From an uncultured bacterium (GTDB lineage Bacteria > Verrucomicrobiota > Kiritimatiellia > RFP12 > UBA1067), in assembly GCA_902776615.1 (NCBI GenBank), contig CACYQU010000005.1:1408-65407 (forward strand): a stretch of 64,000 bases of DNA, written 5' to 3'. How positions within the stretch are numbered: position 1 is the stretch's first letter; each line of letters opens with the position of its first letter. The translations under genes were made by a program, and so were the position numbers. The notes under the pieces were generated by a model. It ran no database searches. It saw only the letters and a list, made by a program, of their open reading frames with translations, and was not told the origin of the DNA. This document shows, piece by piece, positions 9,018 to 16,857 of this stretch.

Positions 9018-10469
9018 ATGTCCGCCACCCTCCTTTTCGTGGCCGCCGCAGTCGTCGCAGGGGGGTTGGCAGACTTCTCCGGCGGGGCTAGGCGCGAATT
9101 GGAGAGCCGCATATCCGCAACGCTGGCGCAGGCGGGGACAGTCTCCGCAGTTTCAGGAACCGTCACTTTTGCAAACGACGAGTTTTTCTTCGTCCAGGAC
9201 GGAATAGACGCACTTAAGGTTTTGACTAGGGGGACTGTCCCCAGGAGAAAACGGGGGACTGTCCCCAGTGCAGGCGATGTTGTATCGGTCTCTGGCCGAC
9301 CTGTTTTGGAGGGCGGCCGCGTAGTGATGGCGGCGGACGGTTGGAAAACAACCAGCCACACTAATTTGCCGGAATCGGTCGCTTCTGGCGCGGATTCATT
9401 GGTTTACGCAGGTACAAGCGGGGACTGTCCCCGCGATTCCCGCGATGTGAACTGGCGAAGGGTTAAGGTGGTTGGGCGAGCAATGGGCCGTACCGAAAAC
9501 GGTTTTTCGCTGGAGGTCGCAGACGGGTTGCTGATAAGCGTAATGATTGGGGACAGGCCCTCGTTCATCGACGACTGCGAGCGGTTGCATCCCAAAGTAT
9601 CGGTTCAAGGGGTGGCCGAGCTGTTTCTCGACCAGAGTGCGCTTTCCGGACGCGGAAGGTATGTAATCGGCGTAAGATTGTGCGTCGCGTCTGAAGACGA
9701 TGTAACGTTGCTGCCGGACATAGGGTATCAGATGCGGTTGCATGAGCGGCGCGTCGCCATCGCCCTGTGGACTTCGGTGGGGTTGCTTATCGCCGGGCTG
9801 GTAGTGTTGATGCTTGTGTTGATGCGCCATCGCCGCGACCGCCACGCCACAGCAATGGTTATGGCCGACCGAAAGCGCATGGCCGACGATCTCCACGATA
9901 CGATCGAACAGCACCTCGCGGGCGCGGGTATGCTTCTCAAGCTGGCGCGAATGCCGGCGAACAAACTACCGGAACGCGCCGACCGCCCGATACGCGAAGC
10001 GCAGGACATACTTGTGCGGGCCAAGCGCGAGATGCGCGAAATCGTCTGGGGGCTGAAGAACGACGACATGATGCGCAAATCGCCCGCCGAGATGCTGCGC
10101 GAGATGGCGGCCGATATGACGCGCCAGGGGCTTTTCAGGGTCAGGACGCGTCTGGAGGGTCTGCCGGAGAGGATGGATGGCGGCAAAATGCGCGACCTTT
10201 CCCTCATCGTTCGCGAGGCGATCGGCAACGCGGTTCGCCACGGGCATGCGCGAAAGATTGCGGTGACGTGCGATCCGGTCGGCGAGGGGCCGGGCTGGGT
10301 GCTGAGGGTCGCGAACGACGGGCGTCCGTTCGACAGGGATTCCGCGCCCGGGCCGGGCGACGGGCATTTCGGCCTTGAGGGAATGTCCGAGCGTGCGCGC
10401 CGCATCGGCGCGGAGCTTGCTTTCGACCGCAAGGGGAAGTGGACGATTGCAATAATCGAGCGCCGCTGA
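9018..10469 (+). CDS. Sensor histidine kinase of the HisKA_3 (NarX/LiaS-like) type with a periplasmic or extracytoplasmic N-terminal domain; no response regulator is adjacent
   Basis: It has an H-box DDLHDTIEQHLAG, the HATPase motifs REAIGNAVRHG and GHFGLEGMSERA, and a TM segment WTSVGLLIAGLVVLMLVLM. Confidence 0.85.
   Translation: MSATLLFVAAAVVAGGLADFSGGARRELESRISATLAQAGTVSAVSGTVTFANDEFFFVQDGIDALKVLTRGTVPRRKRGTVPSAGDVVSVSGRPVLEGGRVVMAADGWKTTSHTNLPESVASGADSLVYAGTSGDCPRDSRDVNWRRVKVVGRAMGRTENGFSLEVADGLLISVMIGDRPSFIDDCERLHPKVSVQGVAELFLDQSALSGRGRYVIGVRLCVASEDDVTLLPDIGYQMRLHERRVAIALWTSVGLLIAGLVVLMLVLMRHRRDRHATAMVMADRKRMADDLHDTIEQHLAGAGMLLKLARMPANKLPERADRPIREAQDILVRAKREMREIVWGLKNDDMMRKSPAEMLREMAADMTRQGLFRVRTRLEGLPERMDGGKMRDLSLIVREAIGNAVRHGHARKIAVTCDPVGEGPGWVLRVANDGRPFDRDSAPGPGDGHFGLEGMSERARRIGAELAFDRKGKWTIAIIERR
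9230..9266. repeat. Two copies of the 13-bp palindrome GGGGACTGTCCCC, 24 bp apart, inside the kinase sensor domain
   Basis: Exact copies lie at 9230-9242 and 9254-9266. Each is a perfect inverted repeat (GGGGAC-T-GTCCCC). They translate as RGTVPRRKRGTVPS. Confidence 0.9.
9419..9433. repeat. Third copy of the GGGGACTGTCCCC palindrome, extended to the 15-bp CGGGGACTGTCCCCG
   Basis: An exact 13-mer lies at 9420-9432. It is read in a different codon phase (S-G-D-C-P-R) from the first two copies. Confidence 0.9.
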
Positions 10470-10480
10470 GGCCGTGCGCG

Positions 10481-10509
10481 TTGACTGCGGAAGGGATTTT
10501 TTGTATACT
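10481..10509 (+). promoter_or_regulatory. Near-consensus sigma70-type promoter for the MFS transporter gene
   Basis: TTGACT (10481-10486) and TATACT (10504-10509) are separated by exactly 17 nt. A GAAGGAG SD lies at 10567-10573 and the ATG at 10584. Confidence 0.6.
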
Positions 10510-10583
10510 TTCCATCAATCCGACAATCACAACCAAACCTAAACTACAATCATCAAAACAAAAGAAGAAGGAGTAATCCACAA

Positions 10584-11867
10584 ATGAGCTCGCAAGAGAA
10601 GCAGGGTGGCAACATCGCGGCGATAGCGACGATGTTTGCGTTGTTTTTCATGATCGCTTTCGTAACGAACTTCGCCGGTTCGATGGGCGTTATAGTGAAG
10701 AACCAGTTCGGCGCGTCGAACACGGCCTCGCAGCTCGGCAGCGCGGCGAACTTCTTCGCGTATCTCTTCATGGGCATCCCGGGCGGGCTCATCCTCAAGC
10801 GCAAGGGCTACAAGTTCACGTCGCTTCTCGCAGTCGCGATCGGTTTCGCCGGCGTGGGCGTGCAGCTGCTTTCGGGCTATGTCGAGAGTTTCTCGGTCTA
10901 TGTGACCGGCGCGTTCGTCGCGGGCTTTTCGATGTGCCTGCTGAACCTGGTCGTGAACCCGCTTCTCAACACGCTCGGCGGCGAGGGCAAGAAGGGCAAC
11001 CAGCTCGTGCAGATCGGCTGCTCGCTCAACTCCGTCGGCGCGACTCTGGCCCCGATACTTCTCGGCTATCTGATCGGCGGTGAAGTGGCCAAGGCGAAGG
11101 TCGCCGACGCGGCGCCCGCGCTTATGATCGCAATGGGGCTCTTCGCGCTCGCGTTCGCGATCATCGCCCTCTCCAGAATTCCCGAGCCCCACATGGAAAC
11201 CGCCGAGGAGAAGGCGGCCCGTCTCGCCGGGGGTTCCTCTGTCGTGAAGGACATTGTCGCGACGCTCAAGTTCAGGCACTTCACCTTCGGTGCGCTCGGC
11301 ATCTTCTTCTACATCATCATCGAGTGCGGCATTCCGAACATGGCCAACCTCTACATGACCCAGGAGGGCCAGCCCTGGTACGTCGGCGCGACGGTCGCCG
11401 GTTCGGTGGTCGGCGCATACTGGTTCTGCATGATGATCGGTCGTCTCGTCGGCGGCGCGATCGGCGGCAAGATCTCCTCCAAGACGATGGTCACCTGCTG
11501 CGCGCTCGCAGGCATCGCCCTGCTTCTCGCGGCGATGTTCGCGCCGGTGAAGATGATCACCGCCTTCGGAAAGGAGTTCCCGCTTTCGATGGGCCTCGTC
11601 GCGCTTTGCGGCCTTTGTACCTCGGTCATGTGGGGCGCGATCTTCAATCTCGCGGCCGAGGGCCTCGGAAAGTACGTGCCGATGGGGTCGGGTATTTTCA
11701 TGGCCATGGTCTGCGGCGGAATCGTGCTTCCCGTCCAGGGCTACATCGCCGACAAGGTCGGCATTCTCAACAGCTACTGGCTCACAATCGGCCTTCTCGC
11801 GTACGTGCTCGTCTACGCGCACGTACTCTCCAAGCCGGCGAAGAGCGTCGGCGAACAGGTGAAGTGA
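10584..11867 (+). CDS. MFS sugar transporter of the FucP/GluP (glucose/galactose or fucose permease) type
   Basis: It is a 427-aa, 12-TM-like hydrophobic protein. The N-terminus ...IAAIATMFALFFMIAFVTNFAGSMGVIVKNQF...FFAYLFMGIPGGLILKRKGYK is typical of this family. Confidence 0.7.
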   Translation: MSSQEKQGGNIAAIATMFALFFMIAFVTNFAGSMGVIVKNQFGASNTASQLGSAANFFAYLFMGIPGGLILKRKGYKFTSLLAVAIGFAGVGVQLLSGYVESFSVYVTGAFVAGFSMCLLNLVVNPLLNTLGGEGKKGNQLVQIGCSLNSVGATLAPILLGYLIGGEVAKAKVADAAPALMIAMGLFALAFAIIALSRIPEPHMETAEEKAARLAGGSSVVKDIVATLKFRHFTFGALGIFFYIIIECGIPNMANLYMTQEGQPWYVGATVAGSVVGAYWFCMMIGRLVGGAIGGKISSKTMVTCCALAGIALLLAAMFAPVKMITAFGKEFPLSMGLVALCGLCTSVMWGAIFNLAAEGLGKYVPMGSGIFMAMVCGGIVLPVQGYIADKVGILNSYWLTIGLLAYVLVYAHVLSKPAKSVGEQVK

Positions 11868-12307
11868 AGGCCTGGCTCCAGCGGGTCGGCGAGGCTTCGG
11901 TCGAAATCGGCGGCGAGCGCGTCGCCGGGATTGGCCGGGGCCTTCTCGTTCTTCTCGGCGTGACCCACGGCGACACCGAGGCCGCCGCAGACAAGATCGC
12001 CGGGCGAATCGCCGAGCTCAGGATGTTCGAGGACGAAAACGGCGCCACGAACCTCTCGCTCGAAGATGTCGGCGGCAGCGTGATCGTGGTGTCGCAATTC
12101 ACGCTATACGCCGACACTTCGCGCGGACGGCGTCCCGGTTTTTCGAACGCCGCCCGGCCGGAGCTCGCCGAGCCCCTCTACGAGCGGGTGGTCGCCAGGT
12201 TGCGCGAACGCCTCGGCTCGGGGCGCGTCGGCACGGGGCGCTTCGGGGCGGACATGAAGGTAAGGCTGCTGAACGACGGGCCGTTCTCGCTGGAGCTTTT
12301 GGCATGA
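11864..12307 (+). CDS. dtd: D-aminoacyl-tRNA deacylase
   Basis: GTG 11864 overlaps the transporter stop. The protein shows (M)KAWLQRVGEASVEI...LLVLLGV...VVSQFTLYADT...GRRPGF...NDGPFSLEL, which are Dtd hallmarks. The ORF-track start at 11324 is a spurious upstream extension. Confidence 0.9.
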   Translation: MKAWLQRVGEASVEIGGERVAGIGRGLLVLLGVTHGDTEAAADKIAGRIAELRMFEDENGATNLSLEDVGGSVIVVSQFTLYADTSRGRRPGFSNAARPELAEPLYERVVARLRERLGSGRVGTGRFGADMKVRLLNDGPFSLELLA

Positions 12308-13011
12308 CGATCCACCGGCTCGACGTAACCGACTCCACAAACACAGCCGCCCGGGCAGGCCGCCCGGGCGATGTTTTCACGGCAGAGCGCCAGCTCTCCG
12401 GCCGTGGACGCCTCGACCATGCGTGGCATTCCGCGCCCGGCGCGAACCTCACTTTTTCCGCCGTGCTCTCCGCCGCCGGGCGTCCGCCACAGGAGGTCGC
12501 CACGCTTCCTCTCGTAGTCGGCCTTGCGACGCTCAAGGCGCTTGCCGCGCTTCTGCCGCCTGCGGCCGGGCCCGCGCTCAAATGGCCGAACGACGTGCTC
12601 GCGGTCGGGCGCAAGCTCGCCGGGATTCTCTGCGAACGACATGGCGACAGCGTAATAGCCGGCGTCGGCGTGAATGTCAACGAGACGGATTTCCCCCAGG
12701 CGATAGCCGCCCGCGCGACATCTCTCGCCGCGCTCGCCGGTCGCCCGTTCGACAGGGACGACGTGCTGCGCCGCCTTTTAGCGTCGATCGAGAGCTGGCA
12801 CAAGCGCTGGCTCGACGCCGGCTTTTCCTCGCTCCACGCCGAGTTCGCGCCGTTCGACTGGCTCAAGGGACGCGTCGTGAGCGTCTGGCAGACCGACAGC
12901 GACCCCGCGCCCATCAAAGGCGTCTGCGGCGGAATCGCCGCCGACGGAACTCTCGACATCGCCGGAACGCGCGTCTACGCCGGCGAAGCCCACGTGGAGG
13001 CTGATGCATGA
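12304..13011 (+). CDS. birA: Biotin--[acetyl-CoA-carboxylase] ligase, group I (no HTH domain)
   Basis: Motifs present are ...DSTNT...QLSGRGRLDHAWHS...KWPNDVL...GRKLAGILCE. Confidence 0.85.
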   Translation: MTIHRLDVTDSTNTAARAGRPGDVFTAERQLSGRGRLDHAWHSAPGANLTFSAVLSAAGRPPQEVATLPLVVGLATLKALAALLPPAAGPALKWPNDVLAVGRKLAGILCERHGDSVIAGVGVNVNETDFPQAIAARATSLAALAGRPFDRDDVLRRLLASIESWHKRWLDAGFSSLHAEFAPFDWLKGRVVSVWQTDSDPAPIKGVCGGIAADGTLDIAGTRVYAGEAHVEADA

Positions 13012-13700
13012 AGAGCGCGCGGACGATCGACATTCTCTTCGAGGACGATGACATTCTCGTCGTGGACAAACCCGCAGGAATGATCGTGCATTCCGCGCCG
13101 GGCCACGAGGAGGAATCGCTTGCGGGGCTGCTTGCGGCGAGCCGTCCGCAAATGGCGTCCGTCGGCAGCCGCGAACGGCCCGGTGTCGTCCACCGGCTCG
13201 ACATCGACACAAGCGGCGTGATGGTCTTCGCGAAAAGCCGCCGCGCGTATGAAGGCCTGCGCGCCGCATTCGAATCGCACGACGGCGTCGTCAAGACGTA
13301 TCTCGCCGTTCTGCACGGCGCGATAAAGCCCGCGACCGGCACGCTCGAAACGACTATAGGCCGCAAGCCGTGGGACGCAAAGCGCATGGCCGTAGACGCG
13401 CCCGGCGGCAAACGCGCCGTCACCCGCTGGACCGTCCTCGAGCGCCGCGGTCCGCTCGCCCTCGTGGAATTCGTCATAGAAACCGGCCGCACCCACCAGA
13501 TACGCGTGCACGCCGCGCACCTCGGCCACCCGATAGTCGGCGACGCGCTCTACGGCGACGCGGCGAAAGACCGCCGCCTCGCCTCGCCGCCCCGCCGCCA
13601 GCTTCTGCACGCGGTGCAGCTGGAGTTTCGCCACCCCTCGACCGGGCGTGCCATGCGCTTCGCGGCGCCGCCGCCGAACGACATCATCTATGCGCGGTAG
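13008..13700 (+). CDS. RluA-family pseudouridine synthase
   Basis: Motifs present are ILFEDDDILVVDKPAGMIVH, HRLDIDTSGVMVFAKS and GRTHQIRVH. Confidence 0.9.
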   Translation: MKSARTIDILFEDDDILVVDKPAGMIVHSAPGHEEESLAGLLAASRPQMASVGSRERPGVVHRLDIDTSGVMVFAKSRRAYEGLRAAFESHDGVVKTYLAVLHGAIKPATGTLETTIGRKPWDAKRMAVDAPGGKRAVTRWTVLERRGPLALVEFVIETGRTHQIRVHAAHLGHPIVGDALYGDAAKDRRLASPPRRQLLHAVQLEFRHPSTGRAMRFAAPPPNDIIYAR

Positions 13701-13750
13701 CGCCGCATGCGGCGGCGGCGACTTGACTTGAAAACAAAAACAAAGGAGCG

Positions 13751-14332
13751 ATGGACATGAACGAAGAACTTTGCAGGCGGGCCGTCGAAGGCCTCAGGAA
13801 GCGCGGCTACGAGGCCGTGTTCGCGCGTACGCCGGAAGAGGCGGCCGATCTCGTGATGCACGAAGCCGAGGCCGCCGCAAGCGTCGGCTGGGGCGGAAGC
13901 GAAACCATAAAGGCCCTCGGCGTCAGGGAGCGCCTCGCCGCCGCGGGAAAAGAGATTCGCGACCACCAGCTGGTGATGGATCTCTTCCTTCTCAGCGCCA
14001 ACGCGCTGACGGCGGACGGGAGAATCGTGAACATCGACGGACGCGGCAACCGCGTTGCGGCGTCCATCGCAGGACCCTCCCGCGTCGTGTACGTGATCGG
14101 ACGCAACAAGATCGTCGAAGGCGGCGTGGACGAGGCCATCGCGCGAATCAAGCGCTGTGCCTGTCCGCCGAACTGCCGACGCCTCGGCAAGAAGACGCCC
14201 TGCGCCGCAACGGGCGTCTGCGCCGACTGCGACTCGCCCGATCGCATCTGCAAGGTGACGGCGGTTTTCGACCGCCGGCCCACCGGCATATCGACGCTTG
14301 CGATAGTCGTCGACGCCGATCTCGGCTATTGA
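13751..14332 (+). CDS. LUD-domain (lactate-utilisation LutC/YkgG-like) protein with a C-terminal Cys cluster
   Basis: Motifs present are ...SVGWGGSETI...LLSANALTADGRIVNIDGRGNRVAA...VVYVIGRNKIV..., plus CACPPNC...CAATGVCADC. An AAGGAG SD lies upstream. Confidence 0.6.
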   Translation: MDMNEELCRRAVEGLRKRGYEAVFARTPEEAADLVMHEAEAAASVGWGGSETIKALGVRERLAAAGKEIRDHQLVMDLFLLSANALTADGRIVNIDGRGNRVAASIAGPSRVVYVIGRNKIVEGGVDEAIARIKRCACPPNCRRLGKKTPCAATGVCADCDSPDRICKVTAVFDRRPTGISTLAIVVDADLGY

Positions 14333-14361
14333 GGGATGTGGCGTTTTGCGGCACAATATAG

Positions 14362-14367
14362 TATAAT
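14362..14367 (+). promoter_or_regulatory. -10 box (TATAAT) 7 nt upstream of the eda ATG
   Basis: This is an exact TATAAT with no SD between it and ATG 14375. It lies inside the longer ORF-track reading of eda (14336). Confidence 0.45.
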
Positions 14368-14374
14368 TTCTCTC

Positions 14375-15022
14375 ATGGAAGAAATCAAAGCATCAGTGCT
14401 GGAAGGGCGCATAATCGCGATCATCCGCGGCTTTGCGCCCGACGTGTGCCTCAAGCTGTCCGAGGCGTACGCCCGGGGCGGAATAAAGCTGATCGAGGTG
14501 ACGTTCAACCAGAAGTCGCCCGAGACGTGGAAGGATACCGCGGCCGCAATCCGTGCCGTCAAGGAGCGCTTCGCGGGTAGCGTGCGCGTAGGCGCGGGAA
14601 CCGTGCTCACCGAAGAGCAGCTCGACATGTGCGAGCAGGCCGGCGGCGAATACATGATAACGCCGAACGTCAACCCCGCGCTCATCCGCGAATGCGTCCG
14701 CCGCGGACTCGTCGCGATGCCCGGCGCACTCACGCCGTCCGAGGCGGTTGACGCGTGGGAGGCGGGTGCGGGCTTCGTGAAGATATTCCCGGCGGGTTCG
14801 CTCGGCCCGGCGTATGTGAAGGCTCTGCGCGCGCCGCTCTCGCACATACCGTTCCTCGCCGTGGGCGGCATCGGGCCGGACAACGTTGCGGACTTCATGC
14901 GCGCCGGCTGCGTAGGCGCGGGCGTGGGCGGCAACCTGACGAACAAGGAATGGATCGCCGCCGGCGAGTGGAGCAGGATCGAAGACGTCGCTAGACAGCT
15001 TATCGAAAGGTCGAAACTATGA
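14375..15022 (+). CDS. eda: 2-dehydro-3-deoxyphosphogluconate / 4-hydroxy-2-oxoglutarate aldolase
   Basis: Motifs present are ...IIAIIRG...GGIKLIEVTF...GAGTVLT...ITPNVNP...MPGALTPSE...GAGFVKIFPA... Confidence 0.85.
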   Translation: MEEIKASVLEGRIIAIIRGFAPDVCLKLSEAYARGGIKLIEVTFNQKSPETWKDTAAAIRAVKERFAGSVRVGAGTVLTEEQLDMCEQAGGEYMITPNVNPALIRECVRRGLVAMPGALTPSEAVDAWEAGAGFVKIFPAGSLGPAYVKALRAPLSHIPFLAVGGIGPDNVADFMRAGCVGAGVGGNLTNKEWIAAGEWSRIEDVARQLIERSKL

Positions 15023-16044
15023 GAATCGTTACATTCGGAGAAATAATGATGCGCCTCAACCCTGAAGGATTCCGCCGCTTCGTGCAGGCGGACAGGTTCG
15101 AGGCAAGCTACGCGGGCGGCGAGGCCAACGTCGCCGTCTCGCTCGCCAACTACGGGCAGGACGCCTCGTTCGTCACCAAGCTGCCGTCGAATCCGCTCGG
15201 CGAGGCCGCGCGCAACGCGGTGCGCCAGTTCGGCGTGGATACGTCGTCCATAGTCTGGGGCGGGCCGCGCCTCGGCATCTACTTCGTCGAGAAGGGCGCG
15301 TCGCAGCGGCCTTCGAAAGTCGTCTACGACCGCGCGGCGAGCTCCATCGCGCTGGCGAAGCGCGGCGACTTCGACTGGGCGAAAATCCTCAAGGGCGCGA
15401 AGTGGTTCCACTTCACCGGCATAACGCCGGCGCTCGGCGGCGAACTGCCGGAGATATGCCTCGACGCGCTCAAGGTCTGCAAGGCGAAGAAGATCACGGT
15501 CTCCTGCGACCTCAACTACCGCGGCAAGCTCTGGACGAAGGAGGCCGCCGGAAAGTGCATGGCGAAGCTCGTGCCGTTCGTGGACGTTCTTATCGCGAAC
15601 GAGGCCGACGCCGCCGACGTTTTCGGAATCAAGGCGAAGGGAAGCGACGTCGAATCGGGCCGTCTCGACAAGGCGGGCTACGTCTCCGTGGCGGAGCAGC
15701 TCGTCGGTCGCTTCGGCGTGAAGAAGGTGGCGATAACCCTGCGCACGTCGATTTCCGCCTCGCGCAACCTCTGGGCGGGCATGATCTACGACGCCAAGAC
15801 GAAGAAGGCCTGCTTCTCCGCCGAGCACGACATACTCATCGTTGACCGCGTCGGCGGCGGCGATTCGTTCGGCGGCGGGCTTATACACGCGCTTGCGAGC
15901 GGCAAGAACCTGCAGGGGGCCATCGACTTCGCCGTGGCGGCGAGCTGCCTCAAGCATTCGATTGAGCACGACTTCAACCTCGTGACTGCGGCGGAGGTCG
16001 AATCCCTCGCGGCCGGAAACTCGTCCGGGAGGGTGCAGAGATGA
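15019..16044 (+). CDS. kdgK: 2-dehydro-3-deoxygluconokinase (PfkB family)
   Basis: Motifs present are MRIVTFGEIMMRLNP...FEASYAGGEANVAVSLANYG...DRVGGGDSFGGGLIHAL. The gene overlaps the eda stop. Confidence 0.85.
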   Translation: MRIVTFGEIMMRLNPEGFRRFVQADRFEASYAGGEANVAVSLANYGQDASFVTKLPSNPLGEAARNAVRQFGVDTSSIVWGGPRLGIYFVEKGASQRPSKVVYDRAASSIALAKRGDFDWAKILKGAKWFHFTGITPALGGELPEICLDALKVCKAKKITVSCDLNYRGKLWTKEAAGKCMAKLVPFVDVLIANEADAADVFGIKAKGSDVESGRLDKAGYVSVAEQLVGRFGVKKVAITLRTSISASRNLWAGMIYDAKTKKACFSAEHDILIVDRVGGGDSFGGGLIHALASGKNLQGAIDFAVAASCLKHSIEHDFNLVTAAEVESLAAGNSSGRVQR

Positions 16045-16844
16045 GAAACATACTCATCACCGGCTCGTCGCACGGCATCGGGGCGGGCTGCGCCGTCGCC
16101 TTCGCGCGCGACGAAGGCGCGAACATCGGCATCTGCGGCAACAAGGACGCGGCCGGGGCGGAAGCCGTCGCCCGCGAGTGCGAGAAGTTCGGCGTTAAGA
16201 CCAAGGTATACCTCGGCGACGTCGGCTCGCACGACTTCTGCAAGGCGACGATGGAGGATTTCATAGCCACCTTCGGCAAGATCGACGTGCTCGTGAACAA
16301 CGCGGGCGGCGCGCTGAAGATACCGGGCGGTCCAAAGGGCGAGTTCAAGGACATGCCCATGGACTACTGGGACAGCCAGATCGCGCTCAACCTCAACTCC
16401 GCCGCGTACCTCTCGCGCTACGCCGTCGCGGACATGGTGGAGAAGAAGACCGAGGGCCGCATCGTCAATGTATCGTCGGTCCACGGCCAGGTGACATGGG
16501 TCCACCGCCGCATGCTGCCGTATTCGGCGGGCAAGGCGGGACTCAACATGTTCACGCGCGCGCTCGGCGTGGAGGTCGCCAAATACGGAATACGCGTCAA
16601 CTGCGTCGCGCCGGGCCTTATCTATACAAAGATAATGTCGCGCTATTCCGAGGCGGACGTCCGGGGCTTCAACCACAAGATACCGGTCGGACGCGGCGGG
16701 ACGGTGGATGAGATTGTGCCGATGATCCAGTTCCTCGCCGATGTGGAGAAGACGCGCTTCATCGTCGGTCAGGTGATATGCGTCGACGGCGGCCAGTCGT
16801 GCGACGGCTCCATAGAGTCAATGAACTTCAATATCGAAGGATGA
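16041..16844 (+). CDS. Short-chain dehydrogenase/reductase (SDR), possibly a sugar 1-dehydrogenase or KduD-like
   Basis: Motifs present are ITGSSHGIGAG, NNAGG, and S...YSAGKAG (the catalytic YxxxK). Confidence 0.8.
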   Translation: MRNILITGSSHGIGAGCAVAFARDEGANIGICGNKDAAGAEAVARECEKFGVKTKVYLGDVGSHDFCKATMEDFIATFGKIDVLVNNAGGALKIPGGPKGEFKDMPMDYWDSQIALNLNSAAYLSRYAVADMVEKKTEGRIVNVSSVHGQVTWVHRRMLPYSAGKAGLNMFTRALGVEVAKYGIRVNCVAPGLIYTKIMSRYSEADVRGFNHKIPVGRGGTVDEIVPMIQFLADVEKTRFIVGQVICVDGGQSCDGSIESMNFNIEG

Positions 16845-16857
16845 AAGGAAAATTCAA

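Noticed and set aside
10470-10501. A possible terminator after the kinase gene (a T-run at 10496-10502).
   Set aside because: The preceding stem (CCGC...GCGG) is too weak and irregular to support the call.
13701-13728. The perfect 14-bp palindrome CGCCGCATGCGGCG after the first RluA-type gene was considered as a terminator. The TTGACT at 13723 was considered as a -35 box.
   Set aside because: No T-tract follows the palindrome, and no -10 lies at suitable spacing after TTGACT.
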